The notes under the pieces are model-generated. The model saw only the letters and a list, made by a program, of their open reading frames with translations. It was not told where the DNA came from and ran no database searches. Below are positions 1 through 11,772 of a DNA stretch of 64,000 nucleotides, in pieces (the stretch's first letter is position 1; each line of letters begins with the position of its first letter). Source of the DNA: Pristiophorus japonicus (taxonomy: Eukaryota); contig NC_091994.1 of the NCBI RefSeq assembly GCF_044704955.1, positions 110,484,001 through 110,548,000 on the forward strand, given 5' to 3'. The position numbers and the translations under genes are program-made.

Positions 1-2074
1 GTTCTTATAGCTGTTCTTTTGTCATCATTTGCTGGCTGCCACTGTTGCCTGGGGATATTTCATGTACCAAATTGTAATACAGTTTCTATAAAGAAAGAAC
101 TTGCATATATACTGTTCCAAAGCTCGTCAGGATGTCCCAAAGCTCTGCACAGACACTGAATTACTTTTGTGAAGTGCAATCACAAATGGAAAAATGAGCC
201 AGCCAATTTGTACACAGCAAATACTTGCAATCAGCAAATGAGGTAAATAACCAGCTAAATCTGTTTTGGTTATGTTGGCCAGGATCTTGGAATAACTCTC
301 ATTTATGGTTAATCTACTACCATGTGTCGTATTGCACAAGACAGATGTTACTGAAATGTACTAACATTTTGATTTTTTTTTCTCCTTAACCTAAAAGTGC
401 CAACTCTTGTTGCAGTAAATATTTACACTGTGTAGAAGCTTTCTGTTAGCTTGCTGAGTGGCCATGTTAGAAATATTCAAGTTTAAGGCTATCTCTGGTC
501 ATTTTTTAATAATCAGGATTGACTGTAAACCAACCTGTTGTGTTTAATCAGAGCTTAAGATGGAATATAACACATTAGTTATAAAAACATACGACCGTAA
601 CAAGTAGTTGATATCGATCCGATTGGACAAACGGCTGGCGTATGTGAGCAGTTCTCTGGCTTGCTGTCTCTTTCTATTTGTCTAGAGCTTCCTTCGGTAA
701 AGCATGGGATCACTCTTGAAGTGTGTTCAGCCAGTCCAACTTCTGTTTCACTCTCCCCTCACATCATTTGTGAGACCAATCTTGAGAAGGCTGCATCTAT
801 TCTCTTTTTAGTGGTGGGCCTGACATAGGATATTGGCAAGATCTTTTGACCGATAGAGGTTCCCCATAAAACTTAATATCCAATAAGGGTTCTTGTTCTT
901 TGTCTCAATTCTGAATCACATCCCCCACCCTAAAGGGGTTTCATGATTTTGGCCACATGTCTTGTTGTTTGTACTGTCCCAGGGTTTCTTCCTGTGGAAA
1001 GCATTTCATCTCTCTTGTCAGTATTCTCTCGGGTATAATCCTGAAGCTCAAATCTGCACAGGCCAGAAACAAAATGTGGGGCTTTCTGGTCTAGCTCAGT
1101 GCTACAATAGGCAATGGATTGCCCACTGAACCATCTGACGATCTGAACAGTGTATTTGCAATTAGTAAGTAGAATCCAGATGTAAACTCATGAATTTTAG
1201 ACCAAATAAGAGACTGGATCTTTTTTCCTAATAGTACCAAAGATGGCCAGTGATGCATTATAATGATAAACGTTCATGTTTTTTTTTTCTCCATATGCAA
1301 ATACAGACTTGATTTAATTTGGTCCCATGATTCTGACTGTTACTTGTGTGAAATAAAAGCTCGAGTGTGTATCCTCACCATAGTTTTATTTTCCTTTTAC
1401 CAAGTGAACTCTTTTTTTGCTGTAGGATCCTGGAAAGCGCCGCAATCAACTACTCCTTAACTACTTTGTATGTTTAGTCAGTAGGTGTGCCTGTTTACTA
1501 CAACTACAGTACCAACAACTCTGCCTTTCTACTTCTCATCTTCAGGGGTTCCATCAAAGCTTACGTCTTTGATCATACCTTCAGTCGCTTCCCTTAATTC
1601 TTCCATTATTGCTCTACAACCATTTTCGTCTTTTGTGAATAATCTTCGAATATGGTCAACCAGGAATGAAACTTGGGGTTTGAGCAAAGAGATCATGCTG
1701 GCCTATTGGACTGGATGAGGTTATAAGGTCTTGAGGAAATTTGCAAATAAGAACTCGGATTTTGAATTTAATAGGTTAGGGACAGGATTGGTAAGGAACT
1801 GTGTACTCTGTGTTATTTCATGTTGATACAGGGGTCTGATTGTAATTCACACTTAGCTGCATTGGATTCATTTGTAATGTTCAAAGAGAACGTGATACCC
1901 GGCTTTCGAAAGACACGAGACAACTAATATTTAGCCCAATAGCTGAGGTGCTCTTGCAGAGGGCTGGCATGGGTTCGAAGGGACAAATGGCCACCTTCTG
2001 TGCTGTAACCATTCTATGAGTCTAAGTGGGACTTGGGATATGATAGCAGAATAAGATGCAGAGTTTTGGATCAA

Positions 2075-2796
2075 TTGGTGTCATATTTGACCCTGAAATG
2101 AGTTTTCGACCACGTATCTGCAGCATAACTAAAGCCGCCTATTTCCACCTCCGTAACATCGCCCGTCTCCGCCCTTGCTTCAGCTCATCCGCTGTTGAAG
2201 CCCTCATCCATGCCTTTGTTACCTCGAGACTTGACTATTCCAACGCACTCCTGGCTGGCCTCCCACATTCTACTCTCCGTAAACTAGAGGTGATCCAAAA
2301 CTCGGCTGCCTGTGTCCTAACTCGCACCAAATCCCGCTCACCCATCACCCCTGTGCTCGCTGACCTACATTGGCTCCCGGTTAAGCAATGCCTCGATTTC
2401 AAAATTCTCATCCTTGTTTTTAAATCTCTCCATGGCCTCACCCCTCCCTATCTCTGTAATCTCCTCCAGCCTCACAAACCCCCCGAGATCTCTGTGCTCC
2501 TCTAATTCTGCCCTCTTGAGCATCCCTGATTATAATCGCTCAACCATCGGTGGCCGTGCCTTCTGTTGCCTAGGCCCCAAGCTCTGGAACTCCCTCCCTA
2601 AACTCCTCCGTCTCTCTACCTCTCTTTTCTTCTTCAAGACGCTCCTTAAAACTTACCTCTTTGACCAACCTGCGCTAATTTCTCCTCATGCGCTTGGTGT
2701 CAAATTTTTTAAATCTCATAATACTCCTGTGAAGCGCATTGGAATGTTTCACTACGTTAAAGGGTGCTATTTAAACACAAGTTGTTGTTGTTGTTG
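2075..2796 (+). mobile_element. L2-clade LINE, 5'-truncated 3' end
   Basis: ORFs 2056-2505 and 2414-2797 carry L2 ORF2 C-terminal motifs (HAFVTSRLDYSNALL, ITPVLADLHWLPV, GGRAF..PKLWNSLP) across a frameshift; (TTG)n tail. Confidence 0.9.
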
Positions 2797-3689
2797 AATT
2801 AAAGTCTCGGTGCAATGCAGGAGGTTGGTGAGAATGTTGAAATTGAGTCTACAGGTGACACCGCGTGGATGAGGGCTTGTGCAGTAAAAAACAATACTGT
2901 AAATAATCAACAATGCAAAGATTAATTTACACAATAATTAAACTGTTCCAAAAATAACAGAGCCCGCCCGGCGGGAAACTGACTGAATCGGGTCAGCCGC
3001 CTTTTTACTCTCCATTGAAACAGATCAGAATTGATTTCTTCACTTGTTGCTCAGAGCCCCTGCAGCTGCCACAAGCAATCCCTGACTGTGTTGTCGAGAA
3101 CAGATTTGCTTTTGCTCTCTATTCTGTGCAATATACATTGCTCATGATGTTTGTGTCAAAATGCAAATCTAAAACCTCTTTCTGAGGAGTAGAGAACATA
3201 TTTGTGCCAATTAAAATCTGCAGTACAAGAGTTGAAGCCATAATAGACAGGAATAGGATGCTACAAAGCTCTTTCAGCCCCCTGTGCTGTGCCTACGAGC
3301 CCTGCCCCCTGTCATTTGTACACGTTTATATTCTCAGGCATTTCCATCAACGTGAGTGAGGAACAGGTTTTTACACAAAGACATACAGCCCAGCTGGCCC
3401 CTGAACTGGTGCCTCTTCTAGCACCTTCCACAGAAACAGATGTAAGGTAGGAGTTAAAAAATAATGGGAAAAGAAGGGTTTAAAAAAATCTTCATGTATC
3501 AACACACATGCAGGTTTCCTTAAAGGTGCTTCTTGCTGGGTTTTAATGCCACCCGCAGGCAGTGGTCTGTCCAGTACCTGAAGCGAGGCTGCTGGCCACT
3601 GAGCCACTGCTGACACTTCACTGCTGAGCAATAAATCCCACTAGATTTTAGTTTAGATTTCCAATCTGAACCGAGTGAGCCGAACTCAG

Positions 3690-4442
3690 CTGAGTCAGAA
3701 GGTTATGGGTTCAAGTCCCACTCCAGAGACTTGAACACTTAAATCTAGGCTGACACTCCCAGTGCAGTGCTGAGGGATGTGACATTACATAGAAAAACAT
3801 AGAAAATAGGTGCAGGAGTAGGCCATTCGGCCCTTCGAGCCTGCACCACCATTCAATAAGATCATGGCTGATCATTCACTTCAGTCCCCCTTTCCTGCTT
3901 TCTCTCCACACCCCTTGATCCCTTTAGCCATCAGGGGCATATCTACCTCCCTCTTGAATATATCTAATGAACTGGCATTAACAACTTTCTGTGGTAGAGA
4001 ATTCCACAGGTTCACAACTCTCTGAGTGAAGAAGTTTCTTCTCATCTTGGTCCTAAATGGCTTACCCCTTATCCTTAGACTGTGACCCCTGGTTCTGGAC
4101 TTCTCCAACATCAGAATCATTCTTCCTGCATCTAACCGAGCCCCCCTCTGCTCTCTCAGGTGGACGTAAAAGATCCCATGGCACTATTTTGAAAAAGAGC
4201 AGCGGTGTTATCTCCGGTGTCCTGGGCCAATATTTATCCCTCAATCAACATCACTAAAACACATTATCTGGTCATTATCACATTGCTGTTTGTGGGAGCT
4301 TGCTGTGCGCAACTTGGCTGCTGCGTTTCCCACATTCCAACAGTGACTACATTTCAAAAAAAGTACTTCATTGACTGTGACTGCTTTGAGATGTCCGGTG
4401 GTCGTGAAAGGTGCTATATAAATGCAAGTCATTTTTTTCTTT
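3690..4442 (+). mobile_element. Deu-domain tRNA-derived SINE (SacSINE1-like) split by a minus-strand CR1 3' fragment (~3785-4135)
   Basis: B-box-like GGTTCAAGTCCC, Deu core AAAGATCCCATGGCACTATTT and L2-like tail; inserted CR1 peptide RTRGHSLRIRGKPF..NFFTQRVVNLWNSLP. Confidence 0.8.
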
Positions 4443-4899
4443 AGGATTGACACTGGATGGTGATGCTAACCACCAGACACTGGGAGGAGCTTTTTATTAA
4501 TCTTTAACTTCCTCCCTGTTTTCTACTTTGTTATGGTCTCTCCAGGCGTTGCGAGGGCGGGCGGGTTCCAGCTCCCATACATTTGCCAATTCCACTCTTC
4601 GGTGCATGGCTAGGAGGCATGGAATGGTGGTTGATTTTCTCTGCATCCAGTTGGGAAAGTGCCTGGCATCTGGTCAATATCCTCACAGCAGCTTGACTGA
4701 GATATGAAGCAATGCAAGTTCCTGAACAAATATATATTTTTAAACAAATTTCCTCTCATTTTGTTGGACTACGTGAAGGAGAGTTATATCGAACTCGAAC
4801 CTTGAAAGCTACTCGAATGACAAATGGAACAAAAGCAGGGGGGTGGGGGGTGGGAGACAGGTGGGTGTGGCAGTCATGTTGGTTCATCACAGTTAAACC

Positions 4900-5245
4900 A
4901 GAAAGAAAAGAACTTGCATTTATATAGCGCCTTTCATGACCGCCGGACACCCCAAGGCGCTTTACAGCCAATGAAGTACTTTTGAGGTGTAGTCACTGTT
5001 GTAATGTAGGAAACACAGCAGGCAATTTGTGCTAATCGATGTGATAAATGACCAGATCATCTGTTTTAGGTGAAGGGATAAGTATTGGCCAGGCCACCGA
5101 GGAGAATGCCCCTGCAATAAATACTGACCTTGCCAGCGACAGCCACATCCCAGGAACCAATCATAAAACAATAAATAGTGCCATGTGATTTTTTAGGTCC
5201 AGCTGAGAGGGCAGACGGGGTCTCGGTATAATGTCTCATCCAAAA
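4900..5245 (-). mobile_element. Deu-domain SINE, degraded
   Basis: Reverse complement of the SINE tail and body (AAAGAACTTGCATTTATATAGCGCC...). Confidence 0.7.
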
Positions 5246-5980
5246 CCAGACAAGTTTATATTCTGAATAAATAAACACCCATCAAATGCAACCCGTTCAA
5301 CAATTCAGCTAGACATTAAACAAGCCTGTAAGACATTTGAGCAGGTTTGTAAATAGGAACCAATCCAATGAGGGGTCAGTGCTGCGAGGACCCCATGGTG
5401 TTGACTTGCGGCATCACATTTGAAAACCTGAACTAATAAATGAGAAGAAAAACTCATTTCCCGTGCAGTATATAGAATAAAATAACCCCAGCAGCCAACG
5501 TAAGAGCCTTGAGCTGTGATTTGGAGAGGAATATTTTTGGCTGCCCCAGAACTCCCCAAGGTGCGAATAATGAGTCTTGGGATGGACTCAAGACAACATA
5601 CAAGGTTTTAATTTTGTATTTTAGTTTCTTCTACTGCAGTTGGATGGCCTATTGTTTGAACAGCATCTAATTCCACTTTTATAACCCTAAATATATATTT
5701 TTGCGTATATGATTAGAAAATTTCTCAATCGGAAGCCATAAAACTCTTTAATGGCTAGTTCATTATAAGGGACAGCAATTTTAACTATCAATGTTATCAA
5801 CCTTCCATCTACTTGTACCATAAATTTACAGAACCTAAAATTGAGATGCGTAATATAATTAGTTATGTTCTCCCTAAATGAACATTTTTCCATTTACGAC
5901 AACATGAACCAGTCATTCTTTATATACACCGAGGTTTCAGCCTTCCATTGGGTTAATGGTGCACATTGACTATTAGGCTC

Positions 5981-6035
5981 TGATTGTATCATTAATTTTG
6001 TGCGTCAGAGAGTTGGTTCTGTTGTGCTATAAAAG
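5981..6035 (+). promoter_or_regulatory. Somatostatin-family gene core promoter: TAAT motifs, CRE-like TGCGTCA (6001-6007), TATA box TATAAAAG (6028-6035)
   Basis: Motifs read directly; TATA lies ~90 bp upstream of the ATG at 6122. Confidence 0.65.
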
Positions 6036-6121
6036 AGCTGGAAATACTGTCGGAGAAATAGATTGAGTGAGGAGTTTGCAATACATCAAGCATTTTATTC
6101 AAAAGAGTTTTGAGCTTCAGC

Positions 6122-6223
6122 ATGAAGTGGCTAATGACAGCGAGTGTGATATCTCTGCTGCTCTTTGTAAGTGTCGAGGGTGCTGACCCACTGGAAGAAA
6201 GACTGAAACTTCAGGTAAACAGG
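6122..6223 (+). CDS. sst6: Somatostatin-family preprohormone, exon 1 (signal peptide; MKWLMTASVISLLLFVSVEGADPLEERLKLQVNR)
   Basis: ATG downstream of a TATA box, hydrophobic signal peptide, phase-0 donor AGG|GTGAGT at 6224 that matches the phase-0 acceptor at 8161-8162. The paralogue name is less certain than the family call. Confidence 0.8.
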
Positions 6224-6309
6224 GTGAGTATAAGATAGTTGCTAAATGCACAGAAATATTGCCACTGTAATCAACGGGGAGAGAGAGAGATAGAAATAAC
6301 AAACATAGG

Positions 6310-6745
6310 AGAGAACTGAATGAAAATTAATGGGGAAATTAGGTGGAGAGACGAGAGAAGCTGGGGTTGCTCTCCTTAGGACAGAGAAGGTTAAGGGAGA
6401 TTTAATAGAGGTGTTCAAAATCATGAATAGTTTTGATAAAATAAGAAGAAGCAGTTTCCACTGGCAGAAGCGTCAGTAACCAGAGGGCACAGTTTTAAGT
6501 TAATTGACAAAAGAGCCAGAGGTGAGTTGAGGAGAATTTTTTAACGCAGTGAATTGTTATGATCTGGAATGCACAGCCTGAAAGGGTGCTGGATGCACAG
6601 ATTCATAGTAACTTTCAAAAGGGAATTGGATATATACTTGAAGGGGAGAAAATTGCTGGACTGTGGGGAAAGAGCGGGGAGTGGGACTGATTCGATTGCC
6701 CTTTCACTGTGGGATGAATGGCCTTTTTCTGTGCTGTAAGCTTCA
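6310..6745 (+). mobile_element. CR1 LINE 3' end, degraded
   Basis: AGAAGGTTAAGGGAGATTTAATAGAGGTG...TGGAATGCAC.GCCTGAAAGGG, CR1-type 3' sequence. Confidence 0.7.
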
Positions 6746-6805
6746 ATGAAATCTCCAGTTAATTGAAAGAAAATGCTACCAACATCAACAATGTTATATA
6801 ATGGA

Positions 6806-7265
6806 GAGGTACGGTACTGTGGTCATTTTACAGGAGCAGTAATCCTGAGAATGTGAGTTCAAATCTCACCTTGGTAGTTTGACAATTTGAATTTGTTTGT
6901 TTTTTTAAATCCTGAAACAAAAAGCTTGCAGCAATAAGTGACCATGAAACTGCTGGACTGTCATAAAAGTCCAACTGATTCACTAATGTCTTAAGAATCA
7001 TAGAAATTTACAGCACAGAAAGAGGCCATTCGGCCCATCGTGTCCGCGCCAGCCGACAAGCTATCCAGCCTAATCCCACTTTCCAGATCTTGATCTGGAG
7101 CCCTGGGCACTTCAAGTGCACATCCAAGTACTTTTAAATGTAGTGGAAGGAAACCTGCTGTCCTTACCCAGACTGGCCTATTTGTGACTCCAGTTGCATA
7201 CCAATGTGGTTGACTGCCTTCTGAAGTGGCCTAGTGAGCCACTCTATAACCAGGGAGGGGCATTA
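6806..7265 (+). mobile_element. tRNA-derived SINE (second family) interrupted by a short CR1 tail (~6994-7140)
   Basis: B-box-like GAGTTCAAATC; body CAACTGATTCACTAATGTC...GGAAACCTGCTGTCCTTACC. Confidence 0.5.
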
Positions 7266-7357
7266 ATGTGTGTGCGGCTGACACTGGGATCCTTCCGAGA
7301 GACAGCGCAAACAGTTCTTTTGGAAAACTTGGTAATTTAAGTTTGGCAGAGTTTTTT

Positions 7358-7877
7358 TACATAAGAACATAAGAAGTAGGAGCAGGAGGCCATACAGCCC
7401 CTCGAGCCTGCTCCGCCATTTAATACGATCATGGCTGATCCGATCAAGGTCCACTTCCCTGCCCGCTCCCCATAACCCCTTATTCCCTTATCAGTTAAAA
7501 AACTATCTATTTCTGTCTTAAATTTATTCAATAACCCAGCCTCCATAGCTCTCTGAGGCAGCGAATTCCACAGATTTACAACCCTCTGAGAGAAGAAATT
7601 TCTCCTCATCTCAGTTTTAAATGGGCGGCCCCTTATTCTAAGATCATGCCCCCTAGTTCTAGTCTCCCCCATCAGTGGAAACATCCTCTCTGCATCCAAC
7701 TTGTCATGCCCCCTCATAATCTTATACGTTTCGATAAGATCACCTCTCATTCTTCTGAATCCCAAATGAGTAGAGACCCAACCTCACCAACCTTTCCTCA
7801 TAAGTCAACCCCCTCATCTCCAGAATCAACCTAGTGAACCTTCTCTGAACTGCCTCCAAAGCAAGTATATCCTTTCA
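7358..7877 (-). mobile_element. CR1 LINE 3' end
   Basis: ORF 7337-7765 FRRMRGDLIETYKIM...TRGH...LWNSLP; (ATAAGAAC)n-type tail. Confidence 0.9.
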
Positions 7878-8162
7878 AGAACTAGTTAAACATTATTGAA
7901 AGGACCTGTAGACCTGAACAAGCTGAACGTGAATTCTTTTTGTAATCAGGGCAAGTAACAATACACTGAAGGGACAGAAAGATTTGGGATTAGGGAAGTA
8001 TGGATTGGCAAGAAATTCAGAGAGCAGCAGTGTGTGAAAAACACTTCACTCAATTGGGATTGGATTGGTGTGAGCAGTCGGTGCTTGATATCAAGGAGCA
8101 AATGTGTCGTTTTGTGGTGCATGGAAAAATGAGAGTTTCCTTTTTCTCTGTTTATCTATTAG

Positions 8163-8366
8163 GAAGTGACGAAAAACAGGAAATATCTGATTTTGAAGCT
8201 GTTGGCTGGGTTGTTGGAGGTTGATGACAATGGCTTTACGTCTTTGAACCCGGAAGAAGCAGACGAGATTTTGCTTGAAGAGCGGTCGGTTGCCGCTGGA
8301 ATCCCTCGGAGAGAACAGAAAGGCCCGTGCAAACTCTTCTTTTGGAAAACTTTTTCACACTGTTAA
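8163..8366 (+). CDS. sst6: Somatostatin-family preprohormone, exon 2 with mature peptide GPCKLFFWKTFSHC
   Basis: Polypyrimidine tract plus AG at 8161-8162; somatostatin cyclic core C-K-x-F-F-W-K-T-F-x-x-C-stop. Pro2/Leu5/His13 and position next to DFFA point to SST6 at the cortistatin (SST2) locus. Confidence 0.9.
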   Translation, partial: EVTKNRKYLILKLLAGLLEVDDNGFTSLNPEEADEILLEERSVAAGIPRREQKGPCKLFFWKTFSHC

Positions 8367-8622
8367 TTAAAGTTTAGCGGATTTTTCTAAACTAGTGTAA
8401 CGTGAGGAAAAAAATGGCTTGTTTTCCTGTTGCTGTGTAAAGGTTTAACTTTAAAACTATCTAAAATCTACCTGCGATCATGTTTTTCTATATTCCAAAT
8501 ATTTTATGAATATTTACATAAAGTACTTGTAATTAATCTAAGCTGAAAATGATACATATGATACACATCGCCAACCTTTTAAGGTACATAAAATTATTGT
8601 TTATTAGCAAGTAGAAATCCAG

Positions 8623-8628
8623 ATTAAA
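8623..8628 (+). terminator. Candidate polyadenylation signal (ATTAAA) of the somatostatin-family gene
   Basis: ATTAAA followed by GT/T-rich sequence ~260 nt after the stop. Confidence 0.35.
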
Positions 8629-9134
8629 CTTTATGTGGTCTTTTGAAAGGTTTTTCTTTGGCACGTCATTTCAGTTATTTTCCTTTTTTTATCCAACCTA
8701 AGACATTTTTTTTCAGTTCCTGCGGTACTGTGTCATGTTGGCCCTACACCCAGACGGGTGGCCCTGGGGCCCAGTATTCCCCCCCCTCTCTGTAGGGAAG
8801 CTGTACCTGTGCCCTGTCTCCCCACGGTAATGCTTCCATGTGAGGGATTGCATTCATGAATCCACCTCACGCCTCTCCCTGACACAGCAGGCCAGGAGTC
8901 AGAGGGCAGCTATGCCAGTCTGCCAACCACGCTTTTAGATATTTTCTGAGTTAAAGCCCAGATATGCCGACAGTGACATTTTGTCTCGATTGTGATATTT
9001 GAGCATATTGTAATGGTGCAGTTAAACACATAGATGCTTATCCAGGAGTATCTAATGAGCAATGCTAAAAATAAAAACCTACACCTGCATATTAAGTACA
9101 GTTGTTCTTTTCTATCAAAGACGGGCAATGCACA

Positions 9135-9442
9135 CATTTCCCTTAGCAGAGGGGTCAATAACCAGGGAGCATAGATTTAAAGTAATTGGTAGAAAGATTA
9201 GAGGGGAGTTGTATTTTTTTCACCCAGAGGGTGGTGGGGGTCTGGAACTCACGGCCTGAAAGGGTGGTAGAGGCAGAAACCCTCACCACATTTAAACAGT
9301 ACTTGGATGTGCACTTGAAGTGCCGTAACCTACAGGGCTACGGACCCAGAGCTGGAATGTGGGATTAGGCCGGATAGCTCTTTGTTGGCTGGTGCCGACA
9401 CGATGGGCCGAATGGCCTCTTTCTGTGCCGTAAATTTCTATG
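9135..9442 (+). mobile_element. CR1 LINE 3' end
   Basis: FPLAEGSITREHRFKVIG / FFTQRVVGVWNS; near-identical family copy at 50410-50765. Confidence 0.85.
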
Positions 9443-9666
9443 GATGCCAAAATGCTTGGCTCTTTGTCTTCTATCACCAATTCCAACTGAACTGGTCGCA
9501 ATACCAAAACCCTCCATTTTCTTCAATTTCTCGTCTTTTTTTTTTGATGATCCATTCATACCAACATTTTTCACTGTTGCTTTTGATTGTCCAGCACTGA
9601 TGCAGTTTTGACATTTCCAGGAATACAGTTTGTTGCAACAAAAGACAAACCAAACCCAAACAGGGT

Positions 9667-10375
9667 TCAATTATGAGGGCAGGTTGCAGAGACTGGACTT
9701 GTATTCCCTCGAGTCGAGAAGGTTAAGGAGTGATCTGAGATGTTTAAGGTGATTAAAGGATTTGATGAGAAGATAGAGAGAGACTATTTCTTCTGGCGGG
9801 GGAGTCCAGAACAAGGGGGCATAGCCTTAAAAAGAGCCCGGCCTTTCAGGAGTGATGTCAGGAAGCACTTCTTCACACAAAGGGTAGTGGGAATCTGGAA
9901 CTCTCTCCCCCAAAAAGCTGTTGAGGCTGGGGGTGTAATCTATTTGCTTCATGGGCTCTTTGCTGAAGAATTCATAGCAACACATTGCTATTAAGAACTA
10001 GTTGGTTGAGTAGCAAAGGTTTAACAATCACACGACACATTACCAGTTCATCCATCAGCTCACAACCAGCTGCCCCATCGTGGATCCCCCAAACCCAACT
10101 GCTGGGGTTTTATTGAGTCTTGTGAACATCACGTGACTGGCTAAACCACTCACAATTCAACAGCTCAACCAACCGGTGAGCAGACTTACAGGTGCATACA
10201 TTACAGGGGTCAATTGAAAATTTCCAAAAACTGAGATTGATAAATTTTTGTTAGGCAAGGGTATTAAGAGTTACAGAATCAAGGTGGGTAGATGGAGTTA
10301 ATGTACAGATCAGCCATGCTATAATAGAATGACGGAATAAACTCGAGGGGCTGAATGGCTGCCTCCTGTTCCTAT
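9667..10375 (+). mobile_element. CR1 LINE 3' end hosting a solo LTR
   Basis: ORF 9740-9994 ..FFTQRVVGIWNSLPQKAVEA; the CR1 sequence resumes after 10209. Confidence 0.8.
9934..10205 (-). mobile_element. Solo LTR (Gypsy-like), 272 bp
   Basis: TGTAAT...ATTACA termini, 4-bp TSD GGGG on both sides, clean interruption of a CR1; strand tentative. Confidence 0.75.
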
Positions 10376-10439
10376 GCAACGTGAACAACTTTCTCACGGT
10401 CTGCCATCCTCGAAACATGGAACCTCACATTGTCTTAAC

Positions 10440-10620
10440 AAAAAGTAAAATACCACAGATGCTGGGAATCTGAAACAAAATCAAAAAAATGCTGGAAACA
10501 CTCAGCAGGTCAAACAGCATCTGTGGAGACAACAGTCGACATTTCAGGGACAGAACCTTCCTCAGAGCTGGAATATATTACAGAGGAACAGAATAAGGGA
10601 AAAGCAGAAGAAACACAGTG
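10440..10620 (-). mobile_element. Penelope-like element terminal (pLTR) remnant
   Basis: AAAATGCTGGAAACACTCAGCAGGTC..CAGCATCTGTGGAG motif shared with copies at 21.5k, 39.9k and 50k; degenerate hammerhead core on minus strand. Confidence 0.6.
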
Positions 10621-10628
10621 ACCACACA

Positions 10629-11402
10629 TCATCATCATCATTGGCAGTCCCTCGGAATCGAGGAAGACTTGCTTCCTCTCTAAAAGGGAGTTCTCAGGTG
10701 GCTGTACAGTCCAATACGGGAATTACAGTCTCTGTCACAGGTGGGACAGACAGTGGTTGGAGGAAAGGGTGGGTGGGGAGTCTGGTTTGCAGCACGCTCC
10801 TTCCGCTGCCTGCGCTTGATTTCTGCATGCTCTCGGCGATGAGACTCGAGGTGCTCAGCGCCCTCCCGGATACACTTCCTCCACTTAGGGCGGTCTTTGA
10901 CCAGGGATTCCCAGGTGTCGGTGGGGATGTTACACTTTAATCAAGATAGCTTTGAGGGTGTCCTTGTAACGTTTCCTCTGTCCACCTGGGGCTCGCTTGC
11001 CGTGTAGGAGTTCCGAGTAGAGCACTTGCTTTGGGAGTCTCGTGTCGGGCATGGGGACAATGTGGCCCGCCCAATGGAGCTGGTCGGGTGTGGTCAATGC
11101 TTCGATGCTGGGGATGTTGGCCTGGGCGAGGACGCTGACGTTGGTGCGTCTATCCTCCCAGGGGATTTGCAGGATCTTGCGGAGGCAGCGCTGGTGGTAC
11201 TTCTCCAGCGCTTCGAACTACAGTACACGGACGACACTTGCATCTGCACACACGCAGAGGCCGAACTCCAAGCCATCGTCAACACCTTCACCGAGGCGTA
11301 TGAAAGCATGGGCCTTACGCTAAACATCCGTAAGACAAAAGATCCTCCACCAACCTGACCCTACCACACAGCACTGCCCCCCCCCCCCCCCCGGTCATCA
11401 AA
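10629..11402 (-). mobile_element. RTE (BovB-like) LINE with internal 5' inversion
   Basis: (TGA)n tail at 10629 on minus; the RT segment LQYTDD..LQAIVNTFTEAYESMGL lies on plus (11216-11402); TSD TGACCACACA at 10619-10628 and 11403-11412. Confidence 0.85.
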
Positions 11403-11772
11403 TGACCACACACACACAAAGAAATAGAGTGACCTGTAAAGTGCTTGGGTGGAGAACAGAAGATGGTTAAATGGCAGCATTTATATTTCCATACGACAAA
11501 AGGAGGCATAATGAGAGAAATAAAATAAAAGATATATACGCGACATAGAGTGTAATAACTAAAAGGAGATAGATGTGGGGGATAGGTGGAGAAGCATGAC
11601 AAACGACACAGCAGAGCGGATTCCAATACTCCAGAAGTCTCTGTGTCTCCATTTTACAGGTCGCTCTCCTCCTTTCTCTGTGTGTGTGCTCATTATGTTT
11701 TCCCCCTTCCTCCTTTCCCTTTGTTCATTTTTAAATGCTGTCGATCTGTAATATCTTTTGAGTTCTGAGGAA

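Noticed and set aside
590-1900. Protein-like decayed reading frames on minus (e.g. FLVDHIRRLFTKDENG...)
   Set aside because: About seven stops in 200 codons, close to chance, and no recognisable motif; a translated search would be needed to call an endogenous viral or transposon relic
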